25,190 nt of DNA from Fidelibacterota bacterium (GCA_043822705.1 JBDRBK010000094.1:1-25190), one strand, 5' to 3'. Numbered from the stretch's first letter, positions 10,553 through 17,229 are shown. Numbers and translations are program-made. The notes: generated by a model from the letters alone, not told the origin.

Positions 10553-10864
10553 ATTCTGTCTCCACCTCCAACAATCTGGTGAACATGTTTGAGTAAGATT
10601 AGTACCAAATTATCCTATCATGTAAAATCATAATATTTAGTATCTAATGTTATGGGATAGAATTATGTTGTGAGAATCAGTGGCTCTTAGCGGATTGTTG
10701 TTAATTCTGAATGATATGATCATCGGTAATCATTTCTCCCATGCCCCAGCCTGCACTATATGCCATATTCGGATTGGGTATTCGAATATATTACCTTTTA
10801 AGAGCTTATAAAAATGAAAAACCCGCTCCACGGCGGGTTTTAATTGGTAGCCCGTAGGGGATTC

Positions 10865-10898
10865 CCCGCCTGACCGCTGACGCAGTCAGTCGGGCTGG
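10865..10898. repeat. 34-nt palindromic T-loop insert, copy 1 (tRNA-Glu fragment)
   Basis: + strand CCCGCCTGACCGCTGACGCAGTCAGTCGGGCTGG between GGATTC and GAACCCC. Confidence 0.95.
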
Positions 10899-11006
10899 GA
10901 ACCCCTGTTACCTGTAAATTAATCTATTTCTCAGCAATAATCTTTACTTCTGAAATGTTCTGATGAAAACCCCTGTTATAAAAGGAAAACCCGCCACAGG
11001 GCGGGT

Positions 11007-12572
11007 CAGACTGTTGACAAAGTCCTCGCAGAGCTGCGGGGACTTTTTTATAATTGTACATGTTAAAACCCTATTGTGATAAGCAGATACAATTAGAATA
11101 TGTAAGCATCGAGGGATTAGTACCGGACAACCACCTTCTGCGCAAAATAGACCGCGCAATCGACTTTGATTTCATCCGTGAAAAAGTCAGGGATTTATAT
11201 TGTTCTGACAATGGTCGGCCGGCGATTGATCCGGTAATATTATTCAAGATGCTATTCATCGGTTACTTGTTTGGCATCCGCAGTGAGCGGCAACTGATCC
11301 GTGATATTGAAGTAAATGTAGCCTACCGCTGGTTTCTTGGAATGAACCTGACCGACAAGATACCGGATGCTTCGACCCTGAGTCAGAACCGTCGTCGTCG
11401 CTTTACCGGCAGTACGATTTATCAGGAGATATTCGATGAGATCGTATTTCAGTCCATGCGTCGCCAGTTAGTTGACGGTAAAGTGCTTTATACCGACTCA
11501 ACCCATTTAAAGGCCAGCGCGAATAAAATTAAGTTTGAGAAGAAAGCGGTTAAAAAATCCATTTGTTCCTATTTTGATGCTCTGGAACAGGCTATTACAA
11601 AAGACCGTGCAGCTCATGGAAAGCAGCCCTTAACACCCCAGCCACCGGAACCGGAGGTCAAGCAGACCAAGATCAGTACAACCGATCCTGATAGTGGCTA
11701 TATGGTCCGTGAAGGTAAGCCAAAGGGTTTTTTCTATCTTGATCACCGCAGTGTGGATGGCAAACACAACATTATTACCGACTGTCATGTTACCCCGGCC
11801 AATGTACATGACAGTATTCCATATCTTGATCGACTGGATCGTCAGCGTGATCGTTTTGGTTTTGATGTGGATACGGTTGGGTTGGACGCCGGATATTTTA
11901 GCGCTTCAATATGTAAAGGTCTGGAGGACCGTGGTATTTATGGTGTGATCGGTTACCGTCGCCCCAACCACAAACAGGGTTATCTCAGGAAAGCGGAGTT
12001 TGTTTATTGTCAGGAAAAGGATTGTTATTATTGTCCCGGAGGGCAGGAACTTAAATACCGGACAACTACTCGTCAGGGCTACCGTGAATACCAATCAAAT
12101 CCTAAATTGTGTCGGCAGTGTTCTTTTCTGAAGTGCTGTACCAACAGTGCCAACTACACCAAAATAGTTACCCGTCATATCTGGGAGGAGAGTAAAGAGC
12201 GCATCGACAGCCACCGCTTAACTGAACGTGGAAAGAAGCTGTACAAACGGCGTAAAGAAACGGTTGAGCGAAGTTTTGCCGATTCGAAACAGCTCCACGG
12301 TCACCGCTATGCCCGAATGCGCGGGCTGTTAAAAGTTCAAGAGCAATCCTTATTGTGCGCTGCATGCCAGAATATGAAGAAGATAGCCTCGCAGGTGTGG
12401 GAAACTATCTTTTCGTCAAAATGGCGCCAACAGAACCCCGTTTTTGATTATCTGCGTAATCTGGTGAATTATATCCGGATTAATTTCGATAGCCGCCAAA
12501 TACAAGTTATTGAAGGCAATTTGTGTTAAAACAAACCCCGCTTAAGAAAAAACGGGGTTTGTCAGCGATCTG
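11007..12572 (+). mobile_element. IS1182-family insertion sequence
   Basis: Imperfect terminal IRs CAGACTGTTGACAAA and CAGATCGCTGACAAA (reverse complement of right end). 18-bp direct repeat ACCCGCCACAGGGCGGGT at 10989-11006 and 12573-12590. Boundary is uncertain by 1 nt because the target is palindromic. Confidence 0.9.
11060..12529 (+). CDS. IS1182 family DDE transposase
   Basis: LVPDNHLLRKID, GRPAIDPV.LFKML, SERQL, YTDSTHLKASA, STTDPDSG, LDAGY, CPGG, YKRRKETVERSFADSKQLHG. Uninterrupted; start is ATG 11060 or TTG 11054. Confidence 0.95.
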   Translation: MLKPYCDKQIQLEYVSIEGLVPDNHLLRKIDRAIDFDFIREKVRDLYCSDNGRPAIDPVILFKMLFIGYLFGIRSERQLIRDIEVNVAYRWFLGMNLTDKIPDASTLSQNRRRRFTGSTIYQEIFDEIVFQSMRRQLVDGKVLYTDSTHLKASANKIKFEKKAVKKSICSYFDALEQAITKDRAAHGKQPLTPQPPEPEVKQTKISTTDPDSGYMVREGKPKGFFYLDHRSVDGKHNIITDCHVTPANVHDSIPYLDRLDRQRDRFGFDVDTVGLDAGYFSASICKGLEDRGIYGVIGYRRPNHKQGYLRKAEFVYCQEKDCYYCPGGQELKYRTTTRQGYREYQSNPKLCRQCSFLKCCTNSANYTKIVTRHIWEESKERIDSHRLTERGKKLYKRRKETVERSFADSKQLHGHRYARMRGLLKVQEQSLLCAACQNMKKIASQVWETIFSSKWRQQNPVFDYLRNLVNYIRINFDSRQIQVIEGNLC

Positions 12573-12616
12573 ACCCGCCACAGGGCGGGTCTTAATTCGT
12601 AGCCCGTAGGGGATTC

Positions 12617-12650
12617 CCCGCCTGACCGCTGACGCAGTCAGTCGGGCTGG
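12617..12650. repeat. 34-nt palindromic T-loop insert, copy 2 (tRNA-Glu fragment)
   Basis: Identical to copy 1, same flanks. Confidence 0.95.
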
Positions 12651-12784
12651 GAACCCCTGTTACCGGTAAATTAATCTAAGTCTGAGCAATAATCTTCACT
12701 TCTGAAATGCGCTGATGTAAACCCTTGTTATAAAATGAAGACCCGCCACATGGCGGGTTTGAATCTGTAGCCCGTAGGGGATTC

Positions 12785-12817
12785 CCCGCCTGACCGCGAC
12801 GCAGTCAGTCGGGCTGG
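12785..12817. repeat. 33-nt palindromic T-loop insert, copy 3 (tRNA-Glu fragment)
   Basis: Same as copy 1 with one T deleted in the central loop (CCGCGACGCA). Confidence 0.95.
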
Positions 12818-12903
12818 GAACCCCTGTTACTGGTAAATTAATCTAAGTCTGAGCAATAATCTTCACTTCTGAAATGCGCTGATGTAAACCCCGTTATAAA
12901 ATG

Positions 12904-12927
12904 AAAACCCACCACACGGCGGGTTTT
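12904..12927 (-). terminator. Intrinsic terminator after tRNA-Glu (repeated in each array unit)
   Basis: Minus strand AAAA-CCCGCC-GTGT-GGTGGG-TTTTCATTTT. The stem has a G.U wobble only as minus-strand RNA. Variants at about 10817-10841, 10986-11006 and 12740-12760. Confidence 0.75.
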
Positions 12928-12930
12928 AAT

Positions 12931-13005
12931 TGGTAGCCCGTAGGGGATTCGAACCCCTGTTACCGGCGTGAGAGGCCAGCGTCCTAACCCCTAGACGAAC
13001 GGGCC
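12931..13005 (-). tRNA. tRNA-Glu(CTC)
   Basis: GGCCCGTTCGTCTAGGGGTTAGGACGCTGGCCT-CTC-ACGCCGGTAACAGGGGTTCGAATCCCCTACGGGCTACCA; full cloverleaf, CCA encoded. Confidence 0.97.
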
Positions 13006-13010
13006 AGTAG

Positions 13011-13084
13011 TACACCCGGAAGGACTCGAACCCTCAACCTTCTGGTCCGTAGCCAGACGCTCTATCCAATTGAGCTACGGGTGC
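13011..13084 (-). tRNA. tRNA-Arg(ACG)
   Basis: GCACCCGTAGCTCAATTGGATAGAGCGTCTGGCT-ACG-GACCAGAAGGTTGAGGGTTCGAGTCCTTCCGGGTGTA; CCA not encoded. Confidence 0.96.
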
Positions 13085-13091
13085 ATAACTG

Positions 13092-13162
13092 CTGGGGAGC
13101 AGGGATTCGAACCCCGATTGACGGATCCAGAGCCCGCAGTCTTGCCATTAGACGACTCCCCA
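13092..13162 (-). tRNA. tRNA-Gln(CTG)
   Basis: TGGGGAGTCGTCTAATGGCAAGACTGCGGGCT-CTG-GATCCGTCAATCGGGGTTCGAATCCCTGCTCCCCAG; CCA not encoded. Confidence 0.96.
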
Positions 13163-13184
13163 AGTTTGTCGAAAAGCGGTGGCG

Positions 13185-13190
13185 AATTTA
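13185..13190 (-). promoter_or_regulatory. Putative -10 element (TAAATT) of the tRNA operon
   Basis: TAAATTCGCC about 22 nt upstream of tRNA-Gln; the same hexamer recurs upstream of several other genes in the window. Confidence 0.5.
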
Positions 13191-13353
13191 AACTGGATAA
13201 ACCAGCCTTCAAACGGCTTTCCCGCAAATAGCGGACCAAATTGCAAAAAGACCGTATAATCGTCGTCCAACGGATTAACTGCTTATTCTGCGGGGCCACA
13301 TCTGGTTAAGAAAACAAGCAAAAGAATACGGTATTCGATCGTTCCGACAGAGA

Positions 13354-14652
13354 TCAGAGATAACGATTCAGAAATTCATCCAATTCGTTTTCCGGAATGA
13401 ATTTCAAACTTACCCGCGACAACCGACTGACTTCGTCGACATCGAGGTCGAATTGATAATTGACCGGGATTTCAACCGTTTCCATGGCAATCTGGAGCGA
13501 CCAGCCACCGACGGTGAATATGATCAGCGGTGAAAAATAATGGGCCGGCACGAATAATACCCGGTCGGATACCAGGCGCTGCAGTTTCTCCTCCGGGGAA
13601 TCAGTGATGACCACCACGACCTTGCCGTCGGCATCGAAGAACCGGATCACCGGAATCGCCCGGTAATTACCGGTCCGGATTTTTTCCATCGCCACCGGCG
13701 GGAAATTGAATTTATCCTTGTTGAAATAAAATATTGTCAGGCTGCCATCCTGTTTCAAACCGCTGTATGGTAACGATGTCAGCATGTCCTTGATCAGGTG
13801 CTCTTTCAATGAAAATTTTACGGGGAGGACCACGTTCATTAATTCCTGTTGATCCTGATCGTATTCGAACCGCGGTTTGGCGATACTGATATTATACGGT
13901 GATTCGGTCAGGTCGTTGAGCACCTTCAGCAGCATATCGGTGTTGGCGGTCAATTCCGGGTTGGCGCGGGTGTAATCCTTGCCGCTGATATCCAGTACCC
14001 ACTCCCCATCGGTCACCACCGGCTCGTCGGGTGACGCCGTGCCGCGGGCGCCGATTACCAGATCCATCGACTCTTCCAAGCCATCCAGCGCCACATCGAT
14101 CGAAGCCCCCATTTCGCCGACTTGCGCTTTATATTCCGGTCTGATTGCGACCGCGACCGGTTCCGGCATATCGAAAGGTGTTGGTTGGGCTTCCACCGGC
14201 ATAAACGGCATCAGCATGGCGTTGACCGCATCCACTACGCGTTCATTAAATTCCGGGATTTTGGAATAAACACCAGCCGTATTGCGCCGGCCCACTTCTT
14301 CCCAGGTGGCAATATCGATCAACTGGATGCCCACCTTGATCTCATCCAGCGCGCGCTCGAATTTACCCAGCAGCAGATAATTTTTAGTACCCCGAGGCTG
14401 ATGTAAAAGACGATTCCGGTTACTCATCAGTTCTTCCAGATCGTCCTTATTCTGCACCTTGACAGCGCTAACCTGGGCGAACTTCAGGCTGAGCATATCG
14501 CTGAGACCCGGCCGCAGCCAGTCCACGGCGGGATCATTCTGGATGTTCTCAAACGGTAAAATATACAGGTAAATCACCGGGGACGCCCCTCCGATCAGAG
14601 TGGCCGAAAAAGTGACAATTGAGAAAATCAGTGTTCTAAATCGTCGGTACAT
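13354..14652 (-). CDS. Secreted hypothetical protein with N-terminal TolB-N/CsgG/FlgO-like domain
   Basis: Signal-like N-terminus, then ILPFENIQNDPAVDWLRPGLSDML...LLLGKFER....KVGIQLIDIAT. Confidence 0.7.
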   Translation of the reverse strand: MYRRFRTLIFSIVTFSATLIGGASPVIYLYILPFENIQNDPAVDWLRPGLSDMLSLKFAQVSAVKVQNKDDLEELMSNRNRLLHQPRGTKNYLLLGKFERALDEIKVGIQLIDIATWEEVGRRNTAGVYSKIPEFNERVVDAVNAMLMPFMPVEAQPTPFDMPEPVAVAIRPEYKAQVGEMGASIDVALDGLEESMDLVIGARGTASPDEPVVTDGEWVLDISGKDYTRANPELTANTDMLLKVLNDLTESPYNISIAKPRFEYDQDQQELMNVVLPVKFSLKEHLIKDMLTSLPYSGLKQDGSLTIFYFNKDKFNFPPVAMEKIRTGNYRAIPVIRFFDADGKVVVVITDSPEEKLQRLVSDRVLFVPAHYFSPLIIFTVGGWSLQIAMETVEIPVNYQFDLDVDEVSRLSRVSLKFIPENELDEFLNRYL

Positions 14653-14670
14653 GCTTGAGAAATATAGCCC

Positions 14671-16092
14671 TTAGGGTAGTTTTTCCAAAGCCAATTTTAA
14701 TCGACTGAAACAAGTTTCCCGGCCCAGTATCTCCATCAGGATAAACAGCGACGGTCCTTCGCCGATTCCCGTCAGTGCCAAGCGTACCGGATGGATCAAT
14801 TTCCCGGCCGCGACCTTTTCGGCGATGATGGTTTCGCGCAACTGCTCCTCGATATTTTCACTGTTCCAATCGCTAATAATCTGCAGCCGCTCCAGGTACT
14901 TGTGCACCAGTCGATTCACTTCCTGATCGGGCCAGCGCTTGGCACTGGTTTTCTCATCGTAGCCGGCCGGCGGTGCATAAAAATAACCGCTGGAATCCAT
15001 CAATTCCCGCAACGACCGGGCCCGCGGTTTCAACTGTTCGATCACCCGTAAATTGTATTCATCGCTGCGTTCGCGATTCCAATCCGGGGCGATGCTGCGG
15101 ATGCCGTCAAAAATGGCGCGGTCGGACATTGCCAGCAGATGCCGGCTGCAAACCCAATTCAATTTCTTTTCGTCATAAACGGCGCCTTTTTTCTGAACCT
15201 GTTCCAGTTGGAAAAGCTCAATCAACTGGTCCGTACTGAAAATTTCCTGGTCGTTGTCAGGATTCCAGCCCAGCAAAGCCAGGTAATTCAGCAGTGCCGG
15301 TGGTGGATAACCGGCATCCCGGAAGGCCTGGATACCGGGCGCGTTGTGGCGTTTGCTGAGCCGTTTTTTGTCCTCGCCGAGGATCATCGGCAAATGGGCA
15401 AATTCAGGAATAGCGTAATTTAGAGCCTGATAGATCAGAATCTGTTTTGGTGTATTAGAAATATGATCCTCACCGCGGATCACGTGGGTGATATCCATGT
15501 CGTGATCGTCGACCACGACCACCAGGTTGTATACCGGGGAACCATCCGAACGGGCGATAATGAAGTCATCGATTTCGCGGTTGTTCACCCGCACCGTGCC
15601 ATAGATCCGATCGTTGAAAACGGTTTCTCCGGTTGGAATTTTAAGCCTGATCGTAAATGATTGTCCCTGATTCAACCGGGCTTTGATCTCGCCATCGCCA
15701 AGTTCCCGGCAGGTTCCAGGGTACACAAATTCCTGGCCCGGCGGCGCATTTTGGCGGTCCTGCTCAATCTGGTCCTTGGAACAGAAACACCGATAAGCCT
15801 GTCCGGATTTGAGTAATATTTGCAGGGCTTTTTTATAATCGCTCAGTCGCTGCGACTGATGCAATACCGGGCCATCCCAATTCAGGCCCAGCCAGCGCAG
15901 GGATGACAGTATCTGATCGGTATATTCGTCCTTGGAACGGACTTTATCGGTGTCTTCGATACGCAGGTGAAACTGCCCCCGATTGTGGCGGGCAAACAGC
16001 CAGTTAAAAAGTGCCGTCCGGGCGCCGCCAAGATGGAGCTCGCCGGTGGGACTGGGGGCAAATCGCAGGTGAACAGTCGGTTCGGTTTTCAT
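14671..16092 (-). CDS. gltX: Glutamate--tRNA ligase
   Basis: RFAPSPTGELHLGGARTALFN, LRIEDTD, CFC...YPGTCR, DDHDMDITHVIRGEDHISNT, RLSKRH, C-terminal PVRLALTG..EGP anticodon-binding domain. Confidence 0.98.
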   Translation of the reverse strand: MKTEPTVHLRFAPSPTGELHLGGARTALFNWLFARHNRGQFHLRIEDTDKVRSKDEYTDQILSSLRWLGLNWDGPVLHQSQRLSDYKKALQILLKSGQAYRCFCSKDQIEQDRQNAPPGQEFVYPGTCRELGDGEIKARLNQGQSFTIRLKIPTGETVFNDRIYGTVRVNNREIDDFIIARSDGSPVYNLVVVVDDHDMDITHVIRGEDHISNTPKQILIYQALNYAIPEFAHLPMILGEDKKRLSKRHNAPGIQAFRDAGYPPPALLNYLALLGWNPDNDQEIFSTDQLIELFQLEQVQKKGAVYDEKKLNWVCSRHLLAMSDRAIFDGIRSIAPDWNRERSDEYNLRVIEQLKPRARSLRELMDSSGYFYAPPAGYDEKTSAKRWPDQEVNRLVHKYLERLQIISDWNSENIEEQLRETIIAEKVAAGKLIHPVRLALTGIGEGPSLFILMEILGRETCFSRLKLALEKLP

Positions 16093-16272
16093 CAGTAATC
16101 GTAAATATCCGGATGTAATTGATCAAAATTAACAGCGGAAAATACACAGGATAAGATTGAAAAAATACTCCGTGATCGTTAATAGTGTACTTGTGACTGT
16201 TGGTGTGCTGGTCTGGGTGGCACAGCTACAGAAATTCTTCCAGAAAATAGTCCAGCGGAGGCGAGAGGATTC

Positions 16273-16306
16273 CCCGCCTAACCGCTGACGCAGTCAGTCG
16301 GGCAGG
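16273..16306. repeat. 34-nt palindromic T-loop insert, copy 4 (tRNA-Ser fragment)
   Basis: CCCGCCTAACCGCTGACGCAGTCAGTCGGGCAGG between GGATTC and GAACCTC. Confidence 0.95.
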
Positions 16307-16554
16307 GAACCTCCGGAGGCTGTGATCCTGTCAATAAAACGTCTTCCGGCACTGGATTTAAGGTATTTTTCCCTTTCCCGTGCTGACGACCGTGAACCGA
16401 CATATTGTTGATAAATCAACTTGAAAGGTGTATGATGTTTGGTCGATTTGACTTTGCCGGCATTATGCGATTTCAGACGATTTTCCGGCTTCTCAGACAT
16501 GCCGGTATATCTGAATCCATCTGATAAACTTTCAATTACATACACATAATACAT
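16294..16554 (-). CDS. GIY-YIG nuclease family protein (YhbQ/UPF0213-like), distal copy
   Basis: YYVYVI...YTGMS...RLKSHN.G..KSTK...P..LIY......RSSA..REK.LKS; catalytic Tyr/Arg/His/Glu positions present. Confidence 0.92.
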   Translation of the reverse strand: MYYVYVIESLSDGFRYTGMSEKPENRLKSHNAGKVKSTKHHTPFKLIYQQYVGSRSSAREREKYLKSSAGRRFIDRITASGGSLPD

Positions 16555-16574
16555 CCGCGGAGGCGAGAGGATTC

Positions 16575-16608
16575 CCCGACTGACCGCTGACGCAGTCAGT
16601 CGGGCAGG
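16575..16608. repeat. 34-nt palindromic T-loop insert, copy 5 (tRNA-Ser fragment)
   Basis: CCCGACTGAC-CGCTGACGCA-GTCAGTCGGG-CAGG; perfect 10-bp inverted repeat. Confidence 0.95.
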
Positions 16609-16856
16609 GAACTTCTGGAGGCTGTGATCCGGTCAATGAAACGTCTTCCGGCACAGGATTTAAGGTATTTTTCCCTTTCCCGTGCTGACGATCGTGAACC
16701 GACATATTGTTGATAAATCAACCTGAAAGGTGTATGATATTTGGTCGATTTGACTTTGCCGGCATTATGCGATTTCAGACGATTATTTGGCTTCTCAGAC
16801 ATGCCGGTATATCTGAATCCATCTGATAAACTTTCAATTACATACACATAATACAT
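16596..16856 (-). CDS. GIY-YIG nuclease family protein, proximal copy
   Basis: 86 aa from ATG 16856; differs from the distal copy at 6 residues. The track's 114-aa version merely reads through the tRNA. Confidence 0.92.
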   Translation of the reverse strand: MYYVYVIESLSDGFRYTGMSEKPNNRLKSHNAGKVKSTKYHTPFRLIYQQYVGSRSSAREREKYLKSCAGRRFIDRITASRSSLPD

Positions 16857-16859
16857 CCG

Positions 16860-16946
16860 CGGAGGCGAGAGGATTCGAACCTCTGGAGGGCGTAAACCCT
16901 CAACGGTTTTCAAGACCGCCGCATTCAACCGCTCTGCCACGCCTCC
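16860..16946 (-). tRNA. tRNA-Ser(TGA)
   Basis: GGAGGCGTGGCAGAGCGGTTGAATGCGGCGGTCT-TGA-AAACCGTTGAGGGTTTACGCCCTCCAGAGGTTCGAATCCTCTCGCCTCCG; long variable arm, G discriminator, no CCA. Confidence 0.96.
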
Positions 16947-17229
16947 AAACTGAAATTGCGCTGTGGTTTTCAGCGGGAGATTTTAGCGATTTCTGTTCTT
17001 TTGTCATACAAAATTCATCTGCCGGCCGATCGCCTGAAATACCAGTTTTGCCAATAAAACATTCCAGCCTATATTTCAGCGACTTTTGGGGACATATCAC
17101 AGAGCCGATGACGGTCAGTAGCATGAATCCTCCGGTATTCCGGCTGGATATTTTTCCGCGGATTGCGATTTATTCGCGACTGGTAGCTTACACAATCAAA
17201 GATCTCCGTAAAATCTGGAGGATAGGCCG

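Larger units (their letters stand above)
10806..12966 (-). repeat. Tandem array of three about 168-bp units downstream of tRNA-Glu (tRNA 3' half with T-loop insert + terminator hairpin + AT-rich spacer), interrupted by an IS
   Basis: GTAGCCCGTAGGGGATTC ends at 10864, 12616, 12784 and, in the real tRNA, 12950. Periods are 168, 166, and 168 after removing the 1566-bp IS plus its 18-bp duplication. Confidence 0.95.
16255..16890 (-). repeat. Two tandem 302-bp units downstream of tRNA-Ser(TGA): GIY-YIG gene + tRNA 3' fragment with T-loop insert
   Basis: GCGGAGGCGAGAGGATTC starts at 16255, 16557 and 16859 (real tRNA); the period is exactly 302. Confidence 0.96.

Noticed and set aside
11014..11054. 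Perfect TTGACA and TATAAT at the IS left end as a sigma70 promoter
   Set aside because: Spacing is 29 nt, far from the usual 16-18; the TTGACA is part of the terminal IR.
10845..12833. Intron-containing or split tRNA genes
   Set aside because: The copies lack the 5' half and anticodon, and I see no bulge-helix-bulge or group I/II intron features; intact genes sit alongside.
12840..12900. Spacer translation FYNGVYISAFQK as a decayed GIY motif
   Set aside because: Too short, followed by a stop, and without recognisable similarity to the GIY-YIG genes at 16.3-16.9 kb.
6653..12930. Prophage or ICE integrated at tRNA-Glu
   Set aside because: No integrase, phage or conjugation genes; the tRNA 3' duplicates enclose only short spacers and the IS, not the accessory genes.
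10845..12966. CRISPR array (34-nt palindromic repeat at regular spacing)
   Set aside because: The intervening sequences are near-identical to each other, about 134 nt long and tRNA-derived rather than unique spacers; no cas genes are visible.
13075..13299. 74-aa ORF over tRNA-Gln
   Set aside because: It overlaps a confident tRNA gene and its promoter region.
16596..16940. 114-aa extended GIY-YIG ORF
   Set aside because: The extra 28 codons are the tRNA-Ser gene read in frame; the duplicate copy shows the true start is ATG 16856.
16860..16946. Selenocysteine or suppressor tRNA
   Set aside because: Anticodon TGA reads UCA (Ser); tRNA-Sec has anticodon TCA. The arms look like a normal tRNA-Ser.
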